Positions 37,237 through 50,951 are shown, counted from the stretch's first letter. The stretch: 64,000 nucleotides of DNA from Octopus vulgaris (GCA_951406725.2 OX597827.1:58218001-58282000), one strand, 5' to 3'. Program-made: numbers and translations. The notes: a model not told the origin generated them from the sequence alone.

Positions 37237-38774
37237 AGTAGTAGTAGTAGTAATAATAGTAATAATAATTATAATTTTTGCTTAGAGTACAAAGCATTGG
37301 CATGTTTCAGCATAAGAGCTTTATTTGTAACAAATGGTGAGCCTCTTGAATAATAATGATAGCATGTCAAATAATTGTCCAATTGTTTACCAGTTGTAAA
37401 AGAACAAACAGTATTTTGTAAAAGTACATAACATACTACAGAGCATATGAATGAATTAAATCTGTATATTATATTTCTAACCTTGTCTTGCGCTAAAATA
37501 TATTTTGGGTTATGACCCTTTAAGAGAAAACTAGAAATATATTTCTGTATAGAACTAATTAAAATGGATTTCTGAAGTTCTTTGTGAAGTTTTAAAATTA
37601 TCTCCATTCAGAAACTAAAAACGGCAAACCAACAAGAGATCTTCTATGTCATCTCTTAACCTGCCAGAAACAGCAGTGTAGTCTCACTCAAATTACATGC
37701 TCATCTCTCAAAAATGGAAGGACATATTGGATGATGTAATCCTAGACATACACTGAATAATAAAAAAAAAAAAAAAGGAAAAAGCTTACAACATGAATAC
37801 TACTGATCATAGACCTGCAGAATCAAAGCTAACTTGGTGCTAAACAACACAAAACTAAGAAAGGAACAGCTTGTAACCACCCAACGAATATACAGTATTT
37901 ATAAGAAAACTTCAAATTCTTTTAATGTCGCTTTTTGTTTCTGTGGGTTAAAAATAAATATACATAAAATGTTAAGGTCTGTCATATTGTCTGTGCTATA
38001 TACACTCCCTTTACAACATTTGTTTTTCCTACAAAAAGAAAACCATTATTCTTTTTGGCACAAAAGTGTCAGATATTGAAGTGCAGTATTATGTTATTAG
38101 TAAATAGAATCTAACTCTCAGAGGGAAGCTCACTTGCTGTAACAATGATTTGAGTGGAGAATCAATACCACGGCTTCATTGTTTCCGTCTCTGTTCCAAA
38201 CATTGAAAGAAAAATAAACACCTCAGCTTGAAAAGCCATTTGAAAAATAAACATCAAAGCTTTATAAACAAGTCCTTATCAATTTTACCAATTTTTGAAC
38301 TAACATGAAACTTCTAACTTTCTGATCATATTCAAAAACCACTCTGAATATTGTCGCTGCTTTGAAAGTTAGCCACACAAGAATTTTCATTATCTTAACA
38401 CAATGCTGTCAGTAGCTTTTACCAGTGCAGTGCAGATGATATAAGTGTATGTAAACAGTTTTTAATTACAGCAGCTTGTCTAAGCAGGTTCTGGATTACA
38501 CCAAACAAAAATATTAAACTTTTGTTTACCTTTTTGATACTGAGTAGCCTGAGACAGCCCTAGTTTCTCTGACATAAAGCTGGCCATTTTAGAGTGTTTA
38601 TATTTAAATCTAAACATATAATAATTTTGTGTAATAACTTCTGAAGTTTTGTTTCTAACACAGTCTTATTTAAACCATTCCAAATTCATATTTTCAAAAT
38701 TTATTGAAAAACACCCTATTTCATTAGAAGTATGGTCACAAGAATTGATCCTGGTTTTCATAAGTTGGATTTCT

Positions 38775-39312
38775 ATAGTCTCACTACAGCCCCAGCTGCC
38801 CAAGGCCTTGTGAGTGGAGTTGGTAGATGGAAACTGAAAGAAGCTCATGTGTGTGTGTGTTTGTCTCCCAGCACTACTTGTTTACTTCTTCTTGTCTTGT
38901 CTTGGGACAGCATTCACCCCGGGTGGGTTGAGCTGGCTTCATTCGTCCTCAATACTGCATCTCTCACAAACGCTGACCAGGCCTCGCGATTTGAGGCTAG
39001 CGACCGCGTGATCTCCAACCACTCCTTATTCCAGCGGCAAACGCCATAGATATGGGGGCCTAGGTTGGGTTCCAGATCAGCCTTGACTGTCATCAGCCAG
39101 GTTTCCATGCGACACGGTAAAAAAAAAAAAAAAAAAAATTGCTTGTTTACATTCTCATAACTTAGTGGTTCAGCAAATGAGTTCAATAGAATAAGCAGCA
39201 GGCTTTATAAAAATAAGTACTGGGGCTGATCCATTTGACTGGAATTTTTCAAGGTGGTGCCCCAGCATGGCCACAGTCCAGTGACTGAAATAAGTAATTG
39301 ATGAAAAGATAA
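38775..39312 (+). mobile_element. SINE-B interrupted by an RTE fragment
   Basis: SINE-B motifs on either side of 38886-39141. Confidence 0.75.
38886..39118 (-). mobile_element. RTE-clade LINE 3' end (5'-truncated)
   Basis: Open frame ETWLMTVKADLEPNLGPHIYGVCRWNKEWLEITRSLASNREAWSAFVRDAV...PG* resembles the RTE C-terminus (TW..TVK.DL...W...A.DR..W); (caaga)n/(aag)n tail; cttgtttac repeated at 38877-38885 and 39142-39150. Confidence 0.8.
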
Positions 39313-42300
39313 AAATATATGTAGTCAATTACTCGCATCTACTCAGACTCTTTCATTGGTTCACACATACACGAATATAATTCCAGGTGATGACGTCTTA
39401 CAAGTTAGTAAATTCAATAAAGGTAAACATGTTTACTCTGGCTTTGAAAGGATAGTTTAGCTGCAGGCCTTAGATAAGGAGAAAATATAGAAAAATGCTG
39501 ATATTTTTGAGTGTTTGAAATCTCATAGATAGGGCAAATTCGTTAATTTTCATATGCACATATGTCTGCATATACGTGTGTGAGTGCACACACCCACACA
39601 CGTGTACAGATACAGTGATATGTCTGTACATCTACTTCAATAAACTTGCCTCAGGGAGAACAGACAGTAGTAATATTGATGGTGATTATGATGGATGTCA
39701 GTAATAGTAGTAAACTGTTTCTTGAAAACATTTTTTTTTTCTGTGCTCACTCAATTAGATTAATTACACTGTATAGTAGTTAGATTTGTGGCATCTTCCA
39801 ATCAAGCCCTCCCTACCTCTGTAATATAAATTACTTATTTCATCATCATTTGCTCACTCTTAATGCCAAACCTGCATGGATTTGTTTATATATATGAAGT
39901 GGAAGATTAAGCTTTTGCCTTTATTTTCTTTTTAAATACAGGATATAACAACATAATCATGGAGTCGATATTATTAGTGCAGTAGTTTGTAAGCTGATGA
40001 GGATGCCCTTACAGCATTTAGGTCAATACTCGTGTGTTAAAACTCATGTTGGTGGTAGTCATTTTGTCTTCCAAAATTTATTTTAAAAAATCTTTTTAGA
40101 AGGCGGAAATCAATCAATAACTCCCTGAAAACATTGAAGAAAATATTTAATCAAAGAAATATATTTTACGATTTGATTTTAAATTTATCCTCTTCTGCTT
40201 GTTTTTATATGGGAAGTGAAATTGTCATACTGTCTGTAGTTGGGTTTTCATAGTTATCACATCTTCGACCCCTTTATTACCATCCTGTCTGAGACTGTCC
40301 CGCATTCTATGACATAAACTTACTGTTTCAAAGTAATCTTCCATCAAAATTTTATGCTAAATTCTTCCAGGTTCCAGCTTAATAATGAGAAAGTTTTGTT
40401 TTTTTTACTAAATACTCAATAATTAAAAAATTAATTGAAAGAAAGGCAGCATATGTTGACAGAAATATAGTAACAAAAGTGTTAAATCCGTTTGTCAGAG
40501 ACTGGTTTGTATGCAGGTCATAAGCAGGAGTTTACATTCAGGCCTGTACTGATGTTGTAATATGTTCATGACCATGGCAACCATGCTTTTTTTCTGTTCT
40601 ATGAGACTGAGACAGTTACCTAGACTAGAGAATTTGTTGCTAATGTACTAAAACTATTTATAGTTAAGTATCAAATTAACTATAATAGACTAAATTACTG
40701 TATAGATTATAGCTGCCTTTTAAACCTGTCAAACTGAGTACATAGTTATTGAAATATATTTAAATGTTGGTATAAAGCTTGACTGTAGATGCAAATTTGG
40801 CTGTCCACTATTGTGCTAGCCCCTAATTTATAATTGCTTTATATAGCAACTGAAGATTTGGTGCTGTTGATTGGGGAAAGAAACCTGGTGTGTCTTCACT
40901 GAGGAGTCATCAGTACATCATGAAACAGTATATCTAGAGACTCCCCGCTTTTTTCTGCACATAAAATTTTGTAGAAGGAATGTGTTTACATACTTCTTAC
41001 TTCGCCACTACTAGGATTTGTAATATTTGAATTCATTTCAGTTCTTCTTATTCATATTACTTTGTACATAAGATATAGTTATTGTCTTTGTCATGGTTAT
41101 CATTAGAATTATCTTTACAATTTCAGAGTGAAAGATAAGTTAATCAATGGTACAGTGCTCTTTAAATGTCCTTAAGAAAAGAAAGCTGTTTTCAATTTTG
41201 TTCCGTTTGATTTTTAAAATATTACAAAAGCTTCAACAGTACCAAATGTTACAAACATTGTATTGGAATAATGGGTGTCTAAATAAAACCCACATGTTTA
41301 TGTAGCAATTGTGGTATTGTATTTTTTATGATTGAATTCCTTTAATAAAAAGAATTAGTTTAAAGTTCTTAACTGTGAAGCCGTTCTGTTAATTGGCAAC
41401 TACGTAAAACTGTTAATCTAATTTGGAATTCATTCTGTGTTCATTAAATCTTAGATAAAGTTTTCCAAAGGATGTGTTGATACGTTGTCAGCGTGATACA
41501 TACATGCTGTGCATTTTAAAGCTTTGAAATTCGAAGCCAAAATGTAGTTTCACATAAGTTATTTATTGTAATTTAAAACGAGCATCTATACATTTGTTTC
41601 AAAGTGTCCATGTTGAGAATTTGTGATTCTTAATTGTAGCGTTATGCAACACCATTATTTTAAGATTGGATGGGTTAAACAATATTGTAGGATCTTATCT
41701 TTTGCAATCCTACATTCTAAATTCAAAATACATTATACTTTTTCAACCTATTAATCTCATCTTTAGAGATGAAACTTTTTTTTAATACAAATTTACATCA
41801 ACACTGTATTTCATTTGGTTCCATCTCTGGTCATCAGTAGGTGTCTCATTCCTAAATATCAATGAGAGCAATTTGATAAAAAAAAAAAAGAAGAAAAAAA
41901 ACAACTGTGTATGTTGATGTAAAGCTTTAAAAAGTGTTCCATCTTTAGAAACAAGGTTAATAATCTTAAAGTTCTGTTTACATCTGTTGGAGCCCTTAAT
42001 TTCACATCGTAGTTCTTCTTTTGTGACTCATGTTTTCCCCGCCATCAAGTTCATATCCACTCAGCAATACTCACTTCATTCATTTCCTATCTACTGTTAA
42101 CTCATAGCCACACTTGGACAGAATGAAAATGTTGTTTAGGCCCAAGTCAGCTCTGACTGAAGAGTCCTAAGACTGTCTTACAATTTTCTTTAGCATTGCA
42201 TATCTAGGTCTACATTATCCAACAGGCTTTTCTTTTTCAAGATGTTAGGGGGCATTTTGAGAGAGATTTGGCTCTTTCTAAGTTGGCCAAGCAATCTCAT

Positions 42301-42558
42301 AAACATTCTTTCGATAAATGATATTTGAGCTAGCAGCATAACACATGCATTTAAAAGTAAAAATAATACTGAGCCTATTATGAAATGGTTAGCACACTTA
42401 CCAGTTCAACAACAAGCACATAGTCTAATTCATTTGAAGAAAGATCTTACTTGTTTGATAGACAAAGGCCAGCTGTGATTTAGTAAATATATGGTCAAAA
42501 GTGTGGCCATCTCCTGTTTTATATAGACATAGTGTATGAAAGACTTCATTGTCTAATG

Positions 42559-42888
42559 CAGTGGTTTTCAACTGGGGTCCATATGGCTCCCTGAGAGTCT
42601 ATATAAGATTTTGGGAGGCCTACACAACAAAATAGTAAATCAGAGATCTACAATTTTTTAAGGGCCCCTGAAAAAATTTTGCTTTAGATGTATGTATTGC
42701 AAGAAACAGCTAGGTTTCTTTCTCTAACATTTTACATAATTCAACCTACACAAGTTAATGTTTGAAAAACAATATAGGAATTTTGAATGAAGTTTCTATA
42801 AAACTAGTTTTTAAACATTGAAGGTCTATCAGAATAAAATAGTAATCAAATGGGTCCATAGATAAAAAGAGATGGTTGAGAATCCCTG
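42559..42888. mobile_element. hAT (Charlie-like) MITE with 8-bp TSD
   Basis: TIRs cagtggttttcaac / gttgagaatccctg; TSD gtctaatg at 42551-42558 and 42889-42896. Confidence 0.9.
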
Positions 42889-43591
42889 GTCTAATGTATC
42901 CTTCCTGCTTTTTAAAATGGTAGGGAGACCAGACTGATTTTTGTAGAAAACCAGACAGCTAAGTAATAGCACCCTCATTGGCTCATGTATATTGTGTGTG
43001 GTCTGAGAATAAAATTTTAAACAATTGAGGTGACGCTTCAGTTTATTTTTTCCAGTTTGTTTACAAAATTTTTATCAATCTGTTTACTAAGTTAGACTAA
43101 ACTCTGACCTTTTAGAAATTGCTGGATACAAAGAAATAATGTAGTAGTAGAGAGCTACAATGGAACATAGTACCCGAAGGTCACTGGCAGATTTACAAGT
43201 CAAAACAAGATGACAGACATTTCCAGATGTTAGTGAAAACTAACATTTGGTAGATTATACACGCACACACACACACTCACCATCATCATCATTCGTGTCA
43301 ATTAACATGTGTCTTTCATGGGTTGGACAGTTTGACAGGAACTGGTAAGCCAGAGGACTGCATTGAGCTCCACTGTCAGCTTTGGCATGGTTTCTATGAC
43401 TAGATGCCCTTCCTAATGCCACCCACTTTACAGAGTGTATTGGGTGCTCTCTTTACATGGTATTAGCACTTGCATGACAAAGATTTCTCAACAGAGTAGG
43501 GAAGTGGCTTTGTGCCATGTGATGAGAGGTTAGAGTATGACAGAGGAACAGAAACAGGCTGTTCATGTAAACCAATATTTTCTCATAGACT

Positions 43592-43980
43592 AAAGGCAGT
43601 GAGGTGGCAGAAACATTAGCATGCCAGACGAAATGCTTAGCAGTTTTTCGTCTGCTGCTACGTTCTGAGTTCAAATCCTGCCAAGGTCAACTTTGCCTTT
43701 CATCTTTTCGGGGTCGGTTATATAAGTACCAGTTATGCATTGGGGCCGATTTAATCGACTTAATCCCTTTTTCTGTCATTGTTTGTCCCCTCTATGTTTA
43801 GCCCCTTGTGGGCAATGAAGAAATAAGAATCATTAGCATGCTTGGAAAATTGCTTAGCGACATTTCATCTGTCTTCGTATTCTGAGTTCAAATTCTGCCA
43901 ATTCTGCCTTTCATCCTTTTCAGGTCAATAAAATATGTACTGGGGTTGACTTATCCCTTTCCCAAAATTTGAAATCAATA
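43592..43980 (+). mobile_element. Tandem SINE-A copies
   Basis: Full body followed by a second partial body. Confidence 0.8.
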
Positions 43981-44543
43981 TTTTCTCATACCCTGCCCTA
44001 CTGGAAATAAGGGTCATACAGCATCATATTGATTTATTTTGCCCACCATATCTCATGACTAATGTTGGTAAATCAGTAACTGATTCAGAACAGTGAATTA
44101 GGAAAATCAGTTGAGCTTCAGACAAAATACCTGGTGGTATTTAGTTATGCCCCTTTGCAGTTGGAATCCAAATTTCCTCCAGGTCACTTAAATAAGTACA
44201 AGTCTAAAAGTACTGACAAGGCAATGTAAATTACTTAAATTCTCGAAGGTGGTGTCCTGGTAAAAGGTCCAGTGACTGAGATGATTAACAGGAAAAAAAT
44301 CCTGTAGACCAGCTGTCCTATTGGGTTACCAAAAGCTTTTGTGTCAAAGTTTATCTAAAAATAATGATTTTTTTTCTTTATCTTCTCACAAGATATCATT
44401 TGGTTTTGTTTAGTTTCAGATGATATCGGATTTCAGTATCATATTCAAATCAATTATATCTGGCTTGTAACAATAACATGTTCTAATTGCATAAGTAGAA
44501 GATATATGTGGCTTTTGATTGTGTAAAAGGAGAAATACTGATA

Positions 44544-44579
<36 letters not shown>

Positions 44580-44582
<3 letters not shown>

Positions 44583-45298
44583 ATGCTGGGGCACTGTCTT
44601 GGGGAATTTTTAGTCTAATGAATTGACTCCAATACTAATTTTTAAGCCTGTTATTCTATCAGTCTCTTCTGCTGTACCACTAAGTTATAGTGGCACATGG
44701 CTTAGTGGTTTGAGTATTCATCTCAAGATCATAAAGTCGTGAGTTCAATTCCCAGTGATGCATTGTGTTCTTGAGCAAGACACTTTATTTCACGTTGCTC
44801 CAGTTCACTCAGTTGGCAAAAATTGGCAGTACCTGTATTTCAAAGGGCCCTACCTTGTCATATTCTGTGTCACACTGAATCTCCCTGAGAACTATGTTAA
44901 AGGTATATGAAGTGCTCAGCTACTTGTACATTAATTTCACAAAGAAGCTGTTCGATCGAGCGGATCAACTGGAACCCTCGTTGTCGTAACCAACGGAGTA
45001 GAACCTTGAAGGGTTCTAGTCAAACAAATTGACCCTAGAACTTGCGTTTTTGAAGCCTTGTACTTATTCTATCGACGTCTTTTGTTAAACCGCTCAGTCG
45101 CAAGTACTCCAGGTCGTAATACACCAGCACCGAGACATACATATATATATACGACAGGCTTCTTTCAGTTTCCACCTACCAAATCCACTCGACAGGCTTT
45201 AGTAGAAGACCTTGCTCAAGTGCTATGCAGTGGGACTGAACCCGGAACCATGTGGTTGGGAAGTAAGCTTCTTACCACGCAGCCACGCCTGCGCCTAT
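44580..45298 (-). mobile_element. SINE-B pieces with a nested sense SINE-C-like copy (~44691-45000)
   Basis: The nested segment has head tggcttagtggtt...gagttcaattccc and a tail shared with 63008-63385. Confidence 0.7.
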
Positions 45299-45399
45299 AC
45301 ACACACACACACACATACACACGCCGTAGCTTATTTTTAAATTTTGCCATGAAACGATATTGCTTTTTGATAGAATTGTACTGTTTATTGTGGTGACTT

Positions 45400-46133
45400 G
45401 TAATGCCGGTGCATAAACCCACTCCTGTAAAATATTTCTGCACCGAATACTGGTGTGGAATAAACCTCCCAGCACTAACGTTCCCTTTTTAGCTAACTGG
45501 CAACCAAGTGCTGTTTTTCCACCCCATCCCCCCCCACTTCATCCACACTCCCCTCCTTTCCCTTCCCTTTTCAATTGACATTTCAAGTACTATATCCTGC
45601 CTCCCCTGGTGGTTCCTTTCGGAGGTTGTCATCAATTTGGTTTGCCATGTGGTTTTCATGAGGTTCACATGATTTCTTACCATTGCTTGTGTGTGTGTGT
45701 ATATAAATATATATATATATATATATTCCGTTCTTTTTCTATTAAGCGCTCACACACGACATTCATCCAACGTTCTCCTCTCCTTTTTATAAATAAAAGT
45801 GACCAGATAACTAAGATAACCTTGTACAATAAACCGATCGCTTTACATATGACACTTCCTTCATTCACTCTTAAATAAATGGGCTGTTATCATCATCATC
45901 ATTATTATTATTATATAGTGTTGCCATCACGAAACCAACCCTTAGTTTGCCTAGACTATCCATCCTCAGGTTCACCGTTGTTTATATTACTGCCTGGTCG
46001 TGTTTCTTACCGCGTCCTCCCCCGAGCTTGTGTTGTGTTTTGTCTTATTCTTATTTTTACTATTTTTTCTCTCCCTGAGATTGTATTATACAGTGTAAGA
46101 TTCCACACTTTCGCACCCAACTATATACATATG

Positions 46134-46166
<33 letters not shown>

Positions 46167-46574
46167 CATATATACTGTTTAGCCCGCCTCCTACTTCAGT
46201 CCTCAGAGGTGTCCTCATTCAGTTTCTATCACTGAAAGACTGGTAAGTACATCAGTCTGAGCAAACTAAAAGAGGAAACACCTTTGTACAATGAGACTAA
46301 AGCCGTTTTAGAAAAAAGTAGTATCAGCGAAGAAGGAAGGAAGGAGGGAGGGATGGGAAGAGAAATGGGTTAGGCGAAGGAGGTGGGAGAGTGAGAGAGA
46401 GAATTAAAAGTAAAAGAAGAAAAAGAAAACATAAAAAAAAAGAACAACCACAAAACAAACAAAACAAACAAGGCAAGCAAGTAGACTTTTCACAGTGGCT
46501 GTGTTCTCAAACACCATTAATACTCACTAGATTAAAACTGGTAGTGGCGGCGGTGGAGACGACGACGACGTTGA

Positions 46575-46605
<31 letters not shown>

Positions 46606-48500
46606 AATGGTGGTTGGTTGGCTGGCGAAGTTAGCGGTGGCACAGGTCCATGGTGTATTTACTTACTGGCTTGGGCTTCCAGACTGGCAGGCTGTATTTA
46701 TTGCAATCATTTGCTAAACTGACTGAGGTGTGTCATGCTGGGTCACTGATTAACATGAGAAGAAGTCTTGCTATGGAAATGATTACCATAACATTCAAGG
46801 CTACAGCTGTCCTCCCCGCCCCGTCCCCCTCTACTCGACAGAAAGAAAGTAAGAAAGAAGTAAAGAAAGGCTTGTGAGAGAGTGTATGTTTGTATGTATG
46901 GAAGTTTTTTTTTTTTTGTAAGTATACATATATGTATATATGTGTGTGTATGTGTCGTCGTTTCTCTTGACTAGAAGATCACTGGCAGGTCAGGTGAGCC
47001 AAGCCGTGTTAGCTCGCCAACTTTTTTTTTTTGTCTCTTCCCCCTCCCCACCCCACCACCACCACTCGCTTCTTCTTTTTCTATTTCCCATAATCCTTCT
47101 CTCGTTGGTTTTTATCATCATGCCTTTACAACTAACTACTGTTTACCCGACTTTTTGGAAACCTTACTATTGCGCTGTTTCACCCCCTCCACCCACCACC
47201 ATCACCACCGACCGACCGACCGACCAACCAACCAACCCACCCTCCCCTCGCTCTCTCTCTCTTTCTCACTTTCTCTCGTTAGCTCGTCGCTTATTCTAGC
47301 GAGGTTGGCTCCGTTCCCATCCTGTTTTCTCCTACCTCTCTCACTCTTACTCTTACTACACACACCTTCACATATACTATAAAAGCTCTTCGTTATCATC
47401 AAGTTGTTGATACAGTTGTCAAGTGACAGTTTTTTTTTTTTTTCCTACTCTCATCTCTCTCTCCCCCGCCTTCCTTATCGCCCTCGATTTCATTTTTTCT
47501 TCCCCTTTTTTCTTTGGTTTGCTGTTCACCACCACCACCGCCACCACTACTACCACTACCAGACATTTTTTACAAGACGGAGGATTTTTTATTATTTTAT
47601 TTTTCCTTTTTTTTTCTTTTAATGTTTAAAACAAATGTCTCAGTGAAAAACTACTGCATTTACCTTTTGTAGTTGTGGATTCAATATTACGAGGCGTTGA
47701 GGTTGGCATAACATCGAGGCGCAGACCAAGGAATACGAAAGAAAACGACTGCAAATTAAACGTAAGTCTATTTATTTATCTATTTACTTATTATTTTTCA
47801 TAATGTTATAAAGGGGATCGACCCTAATTGATTATTATCTCCTACATCTTCCTTGTTTTTTATTTATCAGTCTGCATCGAAATTATGCTAACATGTGGTG
47901 TTTCTCTACACAGCGGAAACTACGAAAATCTCATCGATTTGCTTATTTTTGAAGTTTGAATACACAAAACACTTCCTCCAAACTTACTCATCGCAAAACT
48001 TTGCCGTCCGTCCGTCCCTTCACCACAGTTGTTTCCTTTTATTCATATTTTTTTTAGTTCGTTTATATATATTTATCTTTGTTTTTTTCCCCTCTTTTCT
48101 CTCTCTCTCTCTGTTTATTTTATATTATTACTACTACTACTACTGCTACGACGATTACTACCGACCAATCCTAACTGGTGGACTTGCGTGCGTGTGCGCG
48201 ACCGCGTGCCTTTAAACAGTGACTACTGTCTTTTTTTTTCTTCTTATCTACTGGAATTGCGACTTGACATGGTTTGTTTGTCTAAGTCTGAGTCACATCA
48301 AGGTCACGTGTATTTGACTGGCTTGCTTGCTTCAACAGATGAGATAAACAGATAGCTATTCTGACCTACTTGTACCCACTGCAAAGTTCATGGCCTCCGT
48401 CCAATTGATAGACGACGCTCCAGCTACGGTTTCAACATTCAAAAAACAAACAAAAAAAAGTGACTACATTCACCACCACTTATTTATTTCTGTACAAATA
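45400..48500 (+). promoter_or_regulatory. CpG-retaining, transposon-free promoter-like region
   Basis: Visibly more CpG than the flanks; no SINEs for ~3 kb; GA/CT tracts; GC box ccccgcccc (46814-46822); TATAAAAG (47378-47385); strong + donors at 46243 and 47762. Confidence 0.6.
47400..47761 (+). other. Probable non-coding first (5'UTR) exon; start approximate
   Basis: Ends at AAC|gtaagt. The two ATGs (47622, 47635) give only short uORFs (MFKTNVSVKNYCIYLL*, MSQ*). Confidence 0.5.
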
Positions 48501-49020
48501 TCTCTCGCCAGACAAGTCCTCAGTGAAGTTTAAACAATAATGTACTTGAGTTTTTCAAGTACTTTAAACACTTCTCTTTTCACTGGATTTGTTTATTGTA
48601 TCAAAAAATGCTAAACCCGTTGGTGTATAAACTTACCGAGGCTATATAATTAAAAAGAAAAAAGAAATATTAAATCCCGAGGGTAAGAGGATGTTTTATC
48701 GATTTACTGTAATATTTTTTTTGCTTTAAACACGTATTGCCTGATCTCTCTCTCTCTCTTTTCCTCATCCATTCATATACTTCGCTAAATGCTGCGTATA
48801 CGCAAATATGTGCTTTATAAAATCCTGTGACCTTCCCTATCGGTTAATGTTGTCCCAGCTGAAGTATAAATCTTCGTTGGTTCTCGTTTTTTGACTTCGA
48901 TGAGTTCATCCTCTCCTCATACGCACGTATATATACGGTACACGTCGCCGTGTGAAGGCGGTGTCCTAACAGCTTTAACTTAGACTAAAGAACATTCCTT
49001 TTTGTATGTTTTACTTTAAC

Positions 49021-49129
49021 AAGGATAGTTTTGATAGTGGCTTCGGAGTTTTGACCTGTCTAGCTTTCACTGGGCTATCCGATGAAGGCTAAACTGTCCG
49101 AAACTTCGAAATCACTGTCAACTATTCTT
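49021..49129. repeat. Imperfect long palindrome of two head-to-head hammerhead-like (Penelope-type) halves
   Basis: Arms of ~50 bp around a central gcta; the right arm reads ccgatgaaggctaaactgtccgaaacttcgaaatc. Confidence 0.6.
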
Positions 49130-50410
49130 AAAAATATGTACTCTACAAAAAGTATTTTGTAATCCTTTAGTTTAATGTAAAATTATTTTTATTATAACTC
49201 GACATAAAAAAATGCTTATATATATCTATATCGTATTTCGGGACGGTCATTTTTCCAATTAAACACGCACTGTATATTCGTTCTTCACTTGTTTGTTACT
49301 GTTCTTGTTCTAACTTCTGTTCATTGTCCGGAAATCTTTTGTCACACATCTGTGACCGCCCTCGCTACGCTTTCTTCGTGTCTTGGTCCAAACGAGTGAA
49401 GTTCGAATGCAACACATATTCATAAACATGTATATATATATATATATATATATATAATGCATCTGGATTCAGCAATGTTTCATGCTTGCTCTCCCTATAA
49501 AGTCGATTTAAAACTAACAGTGTGTGTGTGTGCGCTGTGTGGAAGATTCGTGTTATGGTTAAAGTTGTCTCTCGTCGGTACCTTCCAACATCAAGTTAAT
49601 TTGATCCATCTAGTTAAAAATTAAAAAAGAAAATACCAAAACATTTTACTTTGTTAGTTGATCTTGAGGAACAGAACTGAATAAACTATATGTGATTAAT
49701 TAAAAACACGTAAAAAACGCAAAAACAGAACAAAACACATCAGCGACATGTGAAGAATGGAATGTACACACACACACATGAGGTTTTCGAAATTTTAAAT
49801 AGTGTTGTCATACTGGTAGTGCCACAAATTATGTTTGTAGTAATATTTACTGTTTACTTTTGTTTTTTGTTGCATCAATTCATTAGTCGATTCCAATCTG
49901 TGTGTGTATATAGCGATGGTAGAGAGCAAATTATTTAGAATACGATAAAAAATATATATATATATATATATAAAAAAGAAGAATCTAGTTGATAATCCGG
50001 TTTGTAGTCCATAATTGAATCATCTCTGTTATAAAAAACTTAGTCCTGGAAGTAGTGGGCGATATCGATTTATCTTGATTTCTATCCATTCGATTTTCTT
50101 CCCATCCCCCATCGTCTCTCTTTCGAAAGTTCTGAGGCATTTACAAGTTTGCGTCCAACTTTTTTGTCCCCCACCCAACCCCACCACTTCTTCCGTTCTT
50201 ATAATTTTACTATTGGATTAGCAAGACTATAAAACATAGTTTTGTCTTAATTCAAATTGTGCACATTTACTTCATCCACCTTTTCTTTCTTTCTCATAAT
50301 TATTATTTAGTTCGATAATAAGGCACAGTAACAATAGATCAAACGACTTTTTCAGTATCTTCTTCGTCGAGGCGATATTATCTGAATAGGTTTAAGGTTT
50401 TTCAATCGAA

Positions 50411-50452
<42 letters not shown>

Positions 50453-50599
50453 GACGAAGGCAAAGTATGCGCACACCCAGTGTTTAGGGTTACGGTTACG
50501 CCGAAAACGGGTGGTGTGCGTATTCTTTACCACCCCCCCACCCCTACCCACATATAGAATTACTGCTAACTAATCGCTCTTACATAACCCCGGATAAAA

Positions 50600-50693
50600 C
50601 CTCATTTACTCGTATTTGCAAGTCGCACCTCAGTTTTTTTTCCTGTCAAAATCGAGTATAAAATAGTGCGGCTTATACACGTGTAAGTACGAT
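50600..50693. mobile_element. Short Tc1/mariner-superfamily MITE remnant
   Basis: The right end gtgcggcttatacacgtgtaagtacg resembles a (ta)ccgta...gtataagccgcac-type TIR; a related left end is degenerate. Confidence 0.4.
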
Positions 50694-50951
50694 GTGGTGG
50701 TCTCTCACAGTCTACGAAAGCCGGTTTTACAGTTTCTTGCTTGAACAACGTGCACAAATGATTCGTTTATAGTGATCAAAATGTACGTGCTGTACATTAG
50801 CTCGACGTTGCCTGAACAGGTGCTCAGTATTTCACACGACAGGTGTCGAAATGAATGCAAAGCAACGTGAGATGGAGTGTTTTGCTCAAGAACACAACGC
50901 ACCCCCGGGTCCCGGGAACTGATAGCACGATCGTGGGTGCACACTCTAAAC

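Noticed and set aside
46391-48355. Multiple 66-119 aa ORFs in the promoter-like region
   Set aside because: They are low-complexity translations of GA/CT/CAC tracts, many with non-ATG starts and no protein-like character.
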